A DNA stretch of 64,000 bases from Bigelowiella natans CCMP2755 (GCA_000320545.1 ADNK01001512.1:7376-71375), one strand, 5' to 3'. Shown: positions 1 to 11,112, counted from the first letter of the stretch. Made by a program: numbers and translations. Notes: generated from the letters alone by a model not told the origin.

Positions 1-36
1 CCATTATTGCTGATCTAAACACGATTGGGAAACCAG

Positions 37-3000
37 GATTTGTAGTTCACTCGTACCCTAAAGCAGCGGGGGGGTGCTGCAGTAGCGGTGGAGCTCGATC
101 ATACAAATCCATAAGGCTTTTTTGCAGAGATTCAAACGTAATATCGGAAGTCGCTTTTCTCGGATAGAACAGTAGTAACAACTAAGAAAAATTGTCCATT
201 TTATTTCTCTCAGAAATCGCAAATGTGGGTTACAAGTATTTGCCGTTTCGCAAGGTAAGATTTTCATACGACGATTACCACACTGCATCTGTCAACCCAT
301 TCATTTCATTGTTAATCGTGATCATCATCATCTCTATGACTCCTCCTCTTCTTCCAAGGGATCTACCTCCGGGATCGAATCCTCCAGGTAATTCAGTACT
401 ACAAAAAGAAGAAGAAGAAGAAGAAGAAGAAGAAGAAGAGCCATTGGTAGAAGGATGGGAATATCCTTCATATACTACTCGCAACAACGGTGAAAAATCT
501 TTGTAGTCTCAAACGGTTGGTTTGGATTCATGATAGGTGTGAGAAAGATGCTATGCTACGTTAATCCGTTTTCCGGGACTGGTTCTGCGCCTCAGGTGCT
601 GCTGTTCCTATTATGACATAAAAGAGTTACTAACACATGCCATTAACTGAGATAATAATACTACCTTTGATTCGGCAACACTTGTGGTGAAAATAGTAAG
701 ATTACTAACTACATTCATAACCACTCTCTTCCATTCAGATGATGGAAAGGGCTAAACCCATGTTCCAACATGCTGGAATAGAGCCAACGGTACCAATGCT
801 TCAAGCATATTCAGAATACTAATCGCTTTTCGAACTTGTAATTGTTGCCTCAAGTAGCTATTATGAACTGTTGCATTGTGTGCGGGAACATAACTTTATC
901 CGCAAGATTTAATAAATGTTACTTGAAACACAAGTGCACTTGATCGTTGATTGAGAAGTTAAACGAAGATTCATTCTTCTTCCTCCTCCTGCATATAAAT
1001 CCTCAGATTATTGAGACCAAAAAAGCAAATCAGGTGCGAGAGGATATTGCCAAACTGAATCTCGAAGGTCGCTCACTACTGCTAAATGTCAATCACATTA
1101 AATCCATATTAGTGAACATTCGTCGTTTGTTGTTTGATTTTGGTGGTATGCGTGTATACTAGAGTGGGATGGTGTTATTATCGTAAGCGGAGACGGCCTT
1201 GTTGTGGAATACATCAATGGAATTATGGATAGAAAGGACTGGGGTACTAGTAGTAGTAGTTTTAGCCTGTGCATAGTTGGTTTTATTGAGACACTACTGC
1301 GAATACCAGACCGCCATTTCTTCTAACACTGGATTATTATAGCGGCATCAGCTTTATTTTATCGATCACACGTGAAGCAGACAGCTATTTATTTCTTTCG
1401 ATAATGTTTTGCCTCTTTATGAAAACAGAATCTGCCATTGCACGGCCTTTTGGGGTCATTCCTGGAGGCTCTGGAAACGGACTCGTGTACTACTAGCCAA
1501 CTAGCAGTAGATGATGATTATCATTAAACCTTTATGACGAATCTTCACCTTCGAGATGACAAAGAAAATGGATATACATTCTGTATACTAAAAGGCACTC
1601 TTTTAACCACGTTGCTGAAGAGGCTATAGACGAAATCTCTTCTATATTCCACATATTAAAAGGTGGTTTTAGTCTTCCATCTTGGTCTATATTCATTTCA
1701 ATCGTAACATTTAATATCATGCTGCATCAGGCAAAACGCATAGATTGGACTTGCTATCGTACGAGATTTCAGGGGGGGCACAGAGCTCCTCCTCCTCCTC
1801 CTCCTCCTCCTCCTCACCATCATCACCATCATCATCAGTCGTTGTCTATGGCTTCCTTTCACTGGCATGGTCATTCCACAATTACCAATAGCCTTTATTA
1901 TGTTGTTTCACCTTTGCTGGTGGCGCTGCTGCTGCAACGACAAAGATTGATGATGTGGCTGACACTAGATATTGGCAGAGAATGCAGATTACAAGATATA
2001 TTTGATGACATTTGTATTGATCTTTGTTACTCCGCCTCTCTGCAACAACGCCATGGTTCACTTTATTAATTAATGCAGGGGCCTCATCGCAGACATCGAT
2101 TTAAATTCCGAAGTGATTCGATGCTGTGGGTCTGCACGTTTTACACTCTGGGCTATCTTTCGGTTGTGGCTGTTCTAAAAGTTATCAGGCCACATTAAAG
2201 TACGAATCATCTTAGAGGGGGAGGAGGTGGAGGAGGAGGAGAGATAATTTTCTGTTCTCATTGATAGTCTCCGTATTTGTCGTCGTTCCATAGTTATGAA
2301 TGCCCACCGTCGTGTGAATCAGCAGCACCGATGATGCGCAATGCACCATGATGATGTTGTCCTTTTTATTTTAACTACGCAAATATTTGTATCCCGTAAA
2401 TTTGACTATTCCAGCACTTCTTACTAGGCCCAAGAAGGAAGAATAGAACCATGTTCTCTTCTGTCGTCGTTATTTCCGCTATCATTATGACCATTATCAC
2501 TTTGAACAGGTATACACCCTCGGGAGAAGGTTGGAAATATGGAAGTTCCAATAACAGTAGAGAGCAAGGGATCCATACACTTAAAACCCTACGCAACAGG
2601 AAGACAGTTGTCACCAATGAGCCTAAATCTGCTAATTCGATAAATGACGGCCAACCAGAAGCAGCAGCAGAGCAAAAGATTCCAAGTGGTAACATGGATA
2701 TCCAACATAATGTCGTCGTCTCCCACCGTCATAATCGCCATTATGCATTCACAACTGGTTTAGCTGCTTACAATCTGCTGCAATTATGATGATTCAGGTG
2801 GAAGAAGTAGTAGGCCAATGTCGGAGACTGTTGCCTGCAAGATTTTTACTCTGATTTATGCAAGTTCACCTCCACGAGTTTCAGATGAAATATTGTTAGC
2901 CCCTAAAGCAAAGTTGGATGATGGGAAAATACATTTGAGCTACCTTGAGGGGTCGAATTGTTGTTCCACACTATGTGGGTTGTTAAGACTAGAAGATGGG

Positions 3001-3177
3001 ACTCATGAGAAGGATCCCAGATTCAAATCCATACAGGTTGATCAATTCAGAGTGGAAACCGATTCAAAAACTGCTGCAGCCCTTTACTCACTCGATGGAG
3101 AGCGTTTGGATACTAACGGAGCTGTAACTGTTCGCATACATCCCAAGGTTCTGAATGTCTTTTGCATAGGAAATTAA
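37..3177 (+). CDS. Sphingosine kinase / DAGK-catalytic-domain lipid kinase, multi-exon, probably 5'-partial
   Basis: Spliced exons give CYVNPFSGTG (~540-594), IIETKKANQ (~1008), GVIIVSGDGLVVEYING (~1163-1240), GVIPGGSGNG (~1450-1483), GLIADIDLNSEVIRCCGSARF (~2079) and a last exon ...YSLDGE...HPKVLNVFCIGN* ending at 3177. These are the SphK conserved motifs. Confidence 0.85.
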
Positions 3178-3696
3178 ACTGGAATTGGCGCAAGTTATTA
3201 CGTTTGAATAAATTACTTTTATAGGTTGCATTTTATGTTCGTCTTGTTGTAGATGCACACATATGCAGAACGTAGTAAAATAGCGCCGAATTTGTACCAA
3301 TCGCACTTGATACGATGATCCATACACACGATTTATTTATCGTCGTTGCTAGATCGAATGCAGTTCGTGCACACGCACAAGAGTGTACACTTTTACATTT
3401 GCAACGGCAGCTTGCGGCCAATTACACGCGGCGAATCGTGAACCGAAGGAAATGACTAAAGGCTTCCAGATGCGCACAATGCTCTACTGTGTATGTGCAT
3501 GTACATGTATACATGCATGCACATGGCTTGCATGAGTTCATCTGTACAAAATCGCTTCCATTCCATGCATTTCAATCTGTGTGTAGACTCATCAATTCAT
3601 AGCTTTGTTGGAGAGCCTGACAACTTTTACGTCGTGTTACGCACGAGTCACTCGATCACAATCAGATGATAACGATGTTGAAACTGTGCCATCTAG

Positions 3697-4873
3697 TTAC
3701 TTCTTCATTGCCCCCTGCACATGTGGCAGCTTCACCCAATCGTTGATGGTGTACTGAGGCTTGTAGATTGACAGCATGAGTTCGCTTGTCTTTGCAACCA
3801 CCGGCCGATATGTTTTTTTTTTTTTTTCGCACATGTTGACTGTTTCCAGTAAACTGTTGGCGAAGAGTTTTGACATGCCGAAACCCATCAGAGCTCCAAC
3901 CCACGCCGCACCCGGTACTTCCTTGATCTTGATTTCATATCCAACAGCTTTTGATAGCTTAGCGATCTGATCTTGGAACGAAGTCATTTCAGGGCCATGC
4001 AACTCGATTTTTTTGGCAGCGATAAACTTCTTAAGAGTTTCACTGTCCGAGGCAAGAATTTCAGCAGCAGCATTGCCAACGTCTCTGGTATCGATGAAGG
4101 GATTTTTTGCATCCCCTTTCACGGGCCACGACATTGTTCCCGCTGCTTTCATTTCCCCTGCTGAACTAAGAATGTTATCCATGAACCAGTTTGGGTTCAG
4201 ATCGACCACGGGATGTCCATGAACCTCAATGTTTCCTTCGATGGACGAGTGCGCACGAGCATACACATTGCGAGTTCCTATTCCAATGACGGAAGTGTTA
4301 GCGATATATGAACCGAACACGTCAACTCTACTTCAACCCCCAGCCATCCTTGTTATCTCTTCATCGTAAGCAACGACTTCCTCAATCCTCCCCCCCTTCC
4401 CTCATTACTATAAATTTTACCACGCCAATGAGAAAATTTTACAAGATACCTCTATGAATGAGACAAGAGTAAGTAGAAATGCGAACGATGCCCTCTACGT
4501 TTGCCCTTTTGCACGCAAGCAGGAAATCGCACTCATAATCGTATTGTTCATGCTTGCCAGGACCACACACCAGCATTGCACGGCTGACGCCTTCAAGGGC
4601 TGCATCCATTGACTTCTCGTCTCCGAAATCGCCTTTCACAATAGTCACATTCGGCAGATTGCCAAGCATCTTCTTCGCTTTCTCGACATTACGAGCCATG
4701 GCTCTGACAGAGATGTTACCTGTACGTGATAGAGAAGTTTTCTAGTCTTAGAACATGGCGATGCTGCAACTATTAGAGGGCAAACCTTTTTTCGAAAGTG
4801 CCATGACTGCCTTCGATCCTGTATTTGCGGTCGCTGAGGCGACGAGCACGGTGAGTTTCCCCTCGGAAGACAT
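3697..4873 (-). CDS. NmrA-like / atypical SDR NAD(P)-binding oxidoreductase (3 exons)
   Basis: ATG 4873 MSSEGKLTVLVASATANTGS (Rossmann, degenerate GxxGxxG). Exon 2 has VRAMARN..KGDFGD..ALEGV. Exon 3 has LNPNWFMDN, PFIDTRDVG and ELHGPE. Confidence 0.85.
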
Positions 4874-5069
4874 TGTTAGATTCAATGGATTTGGCTGGTG
4901 TGCGGATTCTGTTCCACGGATAGGAGATATTTTGGGCATACTTAATAAAATGCATGGGGAATTTGTCCTACGACAATTACAACATCTGAGAAACTTTTCT
5001 TCTTGCGCACTTCGCATGTGCGACCATGATGTCGTACCCCAATGTTAACAGGTCATTTTTTTGACAGCG

Positions 5070-5960
5070 GCGCGCGATGCGGTGATGGGCGGGGGAGCGT
5101 TTAGTTCCTGGACACCGGTGGGATGGACAGACATGTCGCCCCAGCCACCGGTGATTAGGTAGCCAGGCGAAGGATGTGTGGATCTGTGTTCAAGATTCAA
5201 AGTTGCATTCGGAAAAAAAATTGGTGCGATGCGGCAATGGGCGGGGGGGTTGGTCACCTCCTGCCCCTGAACCACATTCCTGGTCACTGGTGGGGTAGAC
5301 AGACTTGTCGCCCCAGACACCGGTGACTCGATAGCCACATGAAGGATGTGTGGATCTGCATTCAAGATTCAAAGTTGCATTCGCCGAATTGGCACTGGGT
5401 GGTGGGTTTTTCGGTCACGAGGGTGGCTTTTCCCCTCCCTGCACCACATTCCTGTTCACCGGTGGGGCAGGCCACCGGAGAATTGGATGCCAAGTGAAGC
5501 CTTTTCGGATCTGTGTCCAAGATTCACCCTGGATGAATCCCATCAGGATGAAGGTGTCCTCCTCAAACTTTGTGCCCTCCAGGCAATGTCTCCATTGGGC
5601 CGGGGATGTTGTGGTTGGCGTGAAGTTGGTGCTTCCAATTGCAATGATGGGGGCTTTGTCTCCGCAAAAGCCGGGGATGCTGTGGTCATTGCGAAGCTCG
5701 CTGTCCAAATGGACTAGGAACGAAGAATGCATCCTCCTCCATTTTCATGCCTTCCAGTGAGGGCAATGTCTCCGCAAAAGCCGGGGATGTTGTGGCAGAT
5801 GTGAAGCAGACCACGAAGGTGTGGTCCATGGGATTGTGCTCTTGGGGGTCGCAGGTGTGGTGTTCTTGCTTGGTGATCTCCAAGCATGAGCAAACCATCA
5901 CGACAGGATTCAGGGATGCGTGATCCTGAAGTTGGCAAACACCAGGCACTCAAAACAACA
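5070..5960. repeat. Dispersed repeat family with ~150-180-bp tandem subunits, paralogous to 11860-12365
   Basis: Units start GCGATGCGG(TA/TG/CA)ATGGGCGGGG..ACCACATTCCTG..TGTCGCCCCAG..GGATCTG at ~5075, ~5226, ~5390, 11863 and ~12045. GTCTCCGCAAAAGCCGGGGATG is shared at ~5658, ~5767 and ~12281. Confidence 0.8.
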
Positions 5961-6204
5961 AAACTGGGAACGGAGGAGTGGCCACAATGCCATTCTTGAT
6001 TCCTTTTGGTTTCACCAGATGGTCCTCACTGAAGTCAGTTCGAGGCACTGCGTTTCGCACACTGCAAGTGTCTTGTCACACTTTGGAAGTGTGGTTCTTC
6101 ATCATTGTTCTCATTGTTCTCATTGTTCGACGCCGTGGGGGAATCCGGGAATGAGTGAACAACAAACGAATGAAGCATCCTTCTGATTGCCGAACGGGAA
6201 GACC

Positions 6205-6626
6205 TGCGACAACTGAGAGCAACCTCCCAGTGTCGGCTCCTGTCTCTGCCAAACTGGCAAGCTCGTCGCCGCTCACTCAGCAAAAACAATCAAACTTTCC
6301 AATGAACAATGAAACCCTGATGACATTGGTGACTTCAGAACACACGCATGTGCACGCTCAAACAAACACACTGACCGCTTTCAAACTTCTAGCGAACTGA
6401 CTGCTGGATGCGGGTTCGCTGCCATTGACTGATCGAGGCAGCCACGTGCACACAAACTTGGTTTTCCCAAACCACTTGCTTCCCATTTGATGACTCAATT
6501 TGCTCATCAACTGACAGCACCAACTGAACCCAAAACTGCCAAAACTGCAGGGCATTTCAACGGGATCAACTTGACTCAATTGACCACTTTCAACGGTCAA
6601 ATTCCTTTGAACTTTCCGCCGTCACA
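6205..6626 (-). repeat. 3' LTR
   Basis: Begins TGTGAC on the minus strand right after the PPT. Differs from the 5' LTR at only about 3 sites (6239, 6612, 6623-24). Confidence 0.92.
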
Positions 6627-8858
6627 TCGTTCCCCCCTTTTTTGAATTTGCGGACGTCGCAAAACTGACTTGAGCGACACGACCTTGCCGAGACCGTGTT
6701 CAATTTCCTCATCAGGTGCCCCCGTGCCGCAGACGTGGTCGCACTCTCTCAATCGGGAATCCGCTGCACCTGACAGGTCGAGTGTTTCACGGACTGGACA
6801 CGAATTTGATGGCCTTTTGGCTTTGTTTCGTTCACCTTCGTTGACACCCGCATCCTGGGCCAATGCAGGTGAGGCCAGCAAGTTGCTTTCCAGTGTGAGT
6901 GAGTTCGCATTTCGAAGGTGAGAAGTGCAGGGATGAGAGCAAACAGGTGTGCCATCAATTGTGACTTTGCGGTGTTCGGGTTTGGGGTCTGGGCACGACG
7001 TGATGCGGTGCAGGTTTCTCGTGTCTTGGCCAATCATGAAGTCAAAGTTTGCATTCCCATCCAGGACCACAGCAAAAATCCTGAGCCTCACGCATCCCCC
7101 CCGAGCGGTTTTGCACTTCACTCTTGTCTCAAATTCCACCTCACCCTCCATGCGGACACAGGTGGCACTTGAACCTCCAACCTGGCCACTCATCTTTGTC
7201 CTTTTCATTTTTGCACCTAGCTCACTGAGCAATTTGATCTTTTGCAGGCCAATGGTGGCAGGCTGCGATCCATCGTCAAGGAGTGCTTTCATCTCAGCAG
7301 GTCCACTCTTGCCTTCCACAAGTGCCCTCAGCACATTGCGTTGGCGCAAAGACTCGTTTGCATTGTGGGGCTTGGAGGCGATGTTGACCTGTGGGATGTT
7401 TGTTTTTGCCAACTCTGTCATGTCGTTTTCCACAGTTTGCACTGCGTCCTTGCCGGATTCCCTCCAGTCACCATTCAAGGCATTGGAAGAGGGATGGGGG
7501 CCAGGGTTCACTTTGAGGCAACTCGCATCCACTGTGACCTTCGACAAGTTTGTCGCTTCATCCCCCAGGTCGTGCGAGAATTTGCATCTCTTGCCCCATT
7601 TGCACTTTCCCTCTCTGATGTGTTTGCACAGCCTGTTGGACTTCCCTCCTTTCTCATGACTGCACTTGCATTCATTTCCATGTCGACAAGTTCCTTTTTT
7701 GTGGAAGTTGAAGCAGGTCTTCTTCTTCTCATTCCCTTCCATTCCAATTGCATTCGCACTGTTGCACTTCGGTTGTGACTCCTGAATTGTTTCCTCTCCA
7801 ATTCTCAGCTGTTTGAAGAGTTCGGCTGGAGTCACACCCGTGGCATCGCAATGTGCCATGGCTAGGAGTGGGGATCGACCACACCTGTGGTTTTGCAACA
7901 GCACTTTGTGATGGTTCATCCTGTCGCACCTGTCAATCTTGCATGTCGGGAACAGACTGCACACTTGTTTGTGTTTGCTGTGTGTTTGGTCCACAAATCT
8001 GAACTTCTCCTTTCGCAGTTCATCAAACTCCTTGTTGAACCCAAACCTTGTGTCTTGCGGGGACTCTTCGCCACACAGGTGTTGCATTCCTTGTTCGAGT
8101 TTCTCGCGATGATCCATTTGGCATTGCCGTTCCTTCTCCTGTTTTTCAACGTGCAGGTCGAATCCATCCCGTGCATCCTGGGACAATGTCGTTCGGAAGA
8201 ACTCGTGTCCGAATCTCACATCCGCTCCAAAGAGTTCGCTGTGCCCTGCGATTTGACTCTGGATTCTTCTCACCCTCTTCCGAAACTTTTCACGGTGAAC
8301 AAAGGCTGGGTCCAGTTCTCCCCTCACCTTGGTTTTCTTTCCGAATGTTTCCACAGCTTTCGCTCTGCAAGACATTCCCCGGTGATCCCCGATGTCTTGT
8401 TCTCGCATTTCACTTTGTTTCTTTTCCTCTGCTGCCGTTGCACTTTCCTCGTCTGTCAAGTCCTCCGCCACTTCCGGATTTTCTGTGAAGCATTTCCACG
8501 TTTTCTCCGGCACTCCTTTGTCACTGCATCGATCTGTGAAGAACCTGCGGGAACTGCGATTGTCTCGCAAGCTGCGGACATCCTTGTTGAAATTGACCGC
8601 CAGTTTCTCCTGGATGGACACCCCTTCCAGGACCATTCGAAACTTGTCAATTTCCATCCTGAGCAGAACTTCCTGCCAATTGGATTCCTTCAAGTCACCT
8701 GTGGCACCTGCAGCAACAGGTCCTCCTGTTTCAATGTGCATCACCTCTGGCACTTTTTCCTTTCCTTCCACTGCGCCGCCACCACCTGCGACAACTGAGA
8801 GCAACCTCCCAGTGTCGGCTTCTGTCTCTGCCAAACTGGCAAGCTCGTCGCCGCTCAC
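6597..8858 (-). CDS. Gag (two CCCH zinc fingers) - retropepsin-like protease ORF, hypermutated and probably non-functional
   Basis: CFNFHKKGTCRHGNECKCSH and CKHIREGKCKWGKRCKFSH (CCCH fingers). ALLDDGS and FDFMIGQD (protease). No Tyr in 753 aa. The computed start and stop lie inside the LTRs; the first ATG after the PBS is 8741. Confidence 0.75.
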   Translation of the reverse strand: MSGDELASLAETEADTGRLLSVVAGGGGAVEGKEKVPEVMHIETGGPVAAGATGDLKESNWQEVLLRMEIDKFRMVLEGVSIQEKLAVNFNKDVRSLRDNRSSRRFFTDRCSDKGVPEKTWKCFTENPEVAEDLTDEESATAAEEKKQSEMREQDIGDHRGMSCRAKAVETFGKKTKVRGELDPAFVHREKFRKRVRRIQSQIAGHSELFGADVRFGHEFFRTTLSQDARDGFDLHVEKQEKERQCQMDHREKLEQGMQHLCGEESPQDTRFGFNKEFDELRKEKFRFVDQTHSKHKQVCSLFPTCKIDRCDRMNHHKVLLQNHRCGRSPLLAMAHCDATGVTPAELFKQLRIGEETIQESQPKCNSANAIGMEGNEKKKTCFNFHKKGTCRHGNECKCSHEKGGKSNRLCKHIREGKCKWGKRCKFSHDLGDEATNLSKVTVDASCLKVNPGPHPSSNALNGDWRESGKDAVQTVENDMTELAKTNIPQVNIASKPHNANESLRQRNVLRALVEGKSGPAEMKALLDDGSQPATIGLQKIKLLSELGAKMKRTKMSGQVGGSSATCVRMEGEVEFETRVKCKTARGGCVRLRIFAVVLDGNANFDFMIGQDTRNLHRITSCPDPKPEHRKVTIDGTPVCSHPCTSHLRNANSLTLESNLLASPALAQDAGVNEGERNKAKRPSNSCPVRETLDLSGAADSRLRECDHVCGTGAPDEEIEHGLGKVVSLKSVLRRPQIQKRGERCDGGKFKGI

Positions 8859-9208
8859 TCAGCAAAAACAATCAAACTTTCCAATGAACAATGAAACCCT
8901 GATGACATTGGTGACTTCAGAACACACGCATGTGCACGCTCAAACAAACACACTGACCGCTTTCAAACTTCTAGCGAACTGACTGCTGGATGCGGGTTCG
9001 CTGCCATTGACTGATCGAGGCAGCCACGTGCACACAAACTTGGTTTTCCCAAACCACTTGCTTCCCATTTGATGACTCAATTTGCTCATCAACTGACAGC
9101 ACCAACTGAACCCAAAACTGCCAAAACTGCAGGGCATTTCAACGGGATCAACTTGACTCAATTGACCACTTTCAACGGTCAAATTCCTTTGAATTTTCCG
9201 CCGTTGCA
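8787..9208 (-). repeat. 5' LTR
   Basis: Direct repeat of 6205-6626 (offset 2582). Begins TGCAAC on the minus strand. Confidence 0.92.
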
Positions 9209-10513
9209 AGACCTGTCACTCCGACACAATTGGGTTTCAGACACAGCAACGTGATGATGCACATGGAGTTGCATGTCCACATTGCCAGATTGGCACACAC
9301 ACGCACAAACACGATTGTGGACGTGTGACATCATGCATGCACCATGCATGCCATTGCTTTGTCCACTTCCAGACTTGTCATGGACGTGCAACATCACATG
9401 CACACCACGTGCTGCGTCACATCGATGTGGTGTGCTGTCACTTTGTCCATCATCACGTGTGTGCATGCACACGTCTAGAAGTGCATGTGCACGTGCATGC
9501 ATGCGTCTCATTGCACGTTGTGCAGACTGCTGGACGTGCAAGTGTGCACTGCATGTCACTGTGCACCTGCGCATCACTGCGCATGCTGTGTCAGACTTGA
9601 TGCAGCTTGCACATTGATGCTGCTGACCAGCCAATGCACAGCTTTGTTGCAATTCCATGACAGCGAAGGGTTCGTTCGCATGTTGCGTGCCAACGTGCTG
9701 CTGTCTAGCTGTCACGGTGCTCTGGTCTAGCTAGCTAGCTAGCTAGTGGTGCTGAGCGTGACCCAGATGATGCTTGTCATGCACAGTGCATGTGCACAAC
9801 GCCATCGAAGATCATGACACAGCATCATTGTGACGTGCAACGTGCTGCTCGCGCACGTCTAGCATGCCAGTGCACACTGGACGTGCCGATCGTCACAATG
9901 CACACTTCTGGACTTGTGCTTGGCATTTTTGACAGAAAATCATTTGTCCTGGCAGCGCATGAGTGCATGATCATGTCTAGAACAATGTGCTGTTGCAACC
10001 GCCACAGGGCAGCCAGGTGCTGCATGCAATCGAGCTCAGCACGTGCGCCGTGTACAAACAATGGACAAGAAAGAATGCAATGCACATTGCCTACATTGCA
10101 TGCATGATGCATGTGGTGCACTCCAGCACTTTGCAGTGTCCATTGTGAAACACTCTGCTTGTCGCCCGTTATAGTCATGAATTGCCCTGCATTCCATGTC
10201 AATCAATTTGTGATGATAGATGTTCATTGTCGCCTCAATTTGTTCTCCTCATTGACCTGATTTGTCAACACGTTTCCGTGCCATTGCATGCATTTTGTCT
10301 CGAAAATTCTAGATTTCAATGCTTGCACTGGTTGCTGTGCCGTTCCTCTATGCACTGAGTGGATGCAAACTTAACACCAAGCATTACCCCAGGTGATACG
10401 ATATTAGACGCACTGCTCAGGAACCACCGTGCACAGCGACTATCTACTACAATGTCACACTGCCATTTGCGAACACTGTTGCACAGATCGTGTATAAATT
10501 TATAAAATTACTT

Positions 10514-11112
10514 TCATAGATTTGCTTTCATTGTGTTCGCGTCATCACAAGGCTGTCGTACTTCAGCACGATATTCCATGATCACTCTGTTTTTCTTAGT
10601 CCACCTTATCCCTCTCATATCTGTCAGTGGGCGAGGCTTCTGATGACCCCTCTGGGGATGAGTTCTCATACTCTTTAGACCCCCTCCTCTATTTACGAGC
10701 ACATCATATCGAGATTAAATTCAGGATATATAAATGGTGTAGTGCTCGACCATTGCTAGCAGTTCTCTGAATGGAATGATGAAGCTCCTACATGTGTAAC
10801 CAACAACTCAGTCTCAAGTTCATCCAGATATTGAAAGAGCAGTACCTCCAAAACAAAGCAAACAACGCGAGCAGGACAATAGTCGCGAAGATGACTTCCC
10901 CCCACTGAAATGACGAATGAATGATAGCAAATTAGTAACAATTTGTATTTGTTACACGCTCAACCATTTCAGTCAACATTATCATCGATAAAGTGCATCA
11001 ATATATGCTTCACTATTTTGCAACTATCAGTGTTTGTAGTTTGCATACCTCAGGAATTCTGTGTTTTTTATACCAGCTAAGCTTCTGATGAAGATAAATT
11101 ATTTGACCCGAG

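Larger units (their letters stand above)
6205..9208 (-). mobile_element. Complete non-autonomous LTR retrotransposon (Gag + aspartic protease only; no RT/RH/IN), Ty3/Gypsy-like
   Basis: 422-bp LTRs at 6205-6626 and 8787-9208 with TG...CA ends. TSD AGACC at 6200-6204 and 9209-9213. Minus-strand PPT AAAAAAGGGGGGAA lies just before the 3' LTR, and a PBS-like TGGTGGCGGCGCAGTGG lies 2 nt after the 5' LTR. Confidence 0.92.
5050..10480. repeat. TpA-depleted repeat island (core 5335-10050) with nested degenerate repeats and an LTR element
   Basis: By eye all TA between ~5335 and 10050 lie in CTAG. TG/CA are in excess, CpG is retained, and TA returns gradually at both edges. Confidence 0.92.

Noticed and set aside
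5070-5520. CRISPR-like array
   Set aside because: Whole 150-180-bp units are homologous with no unique spacers, there are no cas genes, and the context is eukaryotic.
6597-8858. Alternative genetic code or codon bias explaining the lack of Tyr
   Set aside because: TA is absent in all frames and in the non-coding LTRs, and host genes use TAY and TAA/TAG normally.
6949-8982. Long plus-strand ORFs (236, 178, 303, 146, 196 aa) as antisense genes
   Set aside because: Expected by-product of TAA/TAG loss; no recognisable motifs.
6205-9208. Classical fungal RIP
   Set aside because: RIP creates TpA and stop codons and lowers GC; the opposite is seen.
5335-10050. 5mCpG deamination as the cause of TG/CA excess
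   Set aside because: CpG is abundant and TA is what is missing. Paralogs and Tyr->His/Cys point to a TA ancestor.
9179-10227. His/Cys-rich ORFs as metallothionein-like proteins
   Set aside because: Composition follows directly from CATG/TGCA-rich converted DNA.
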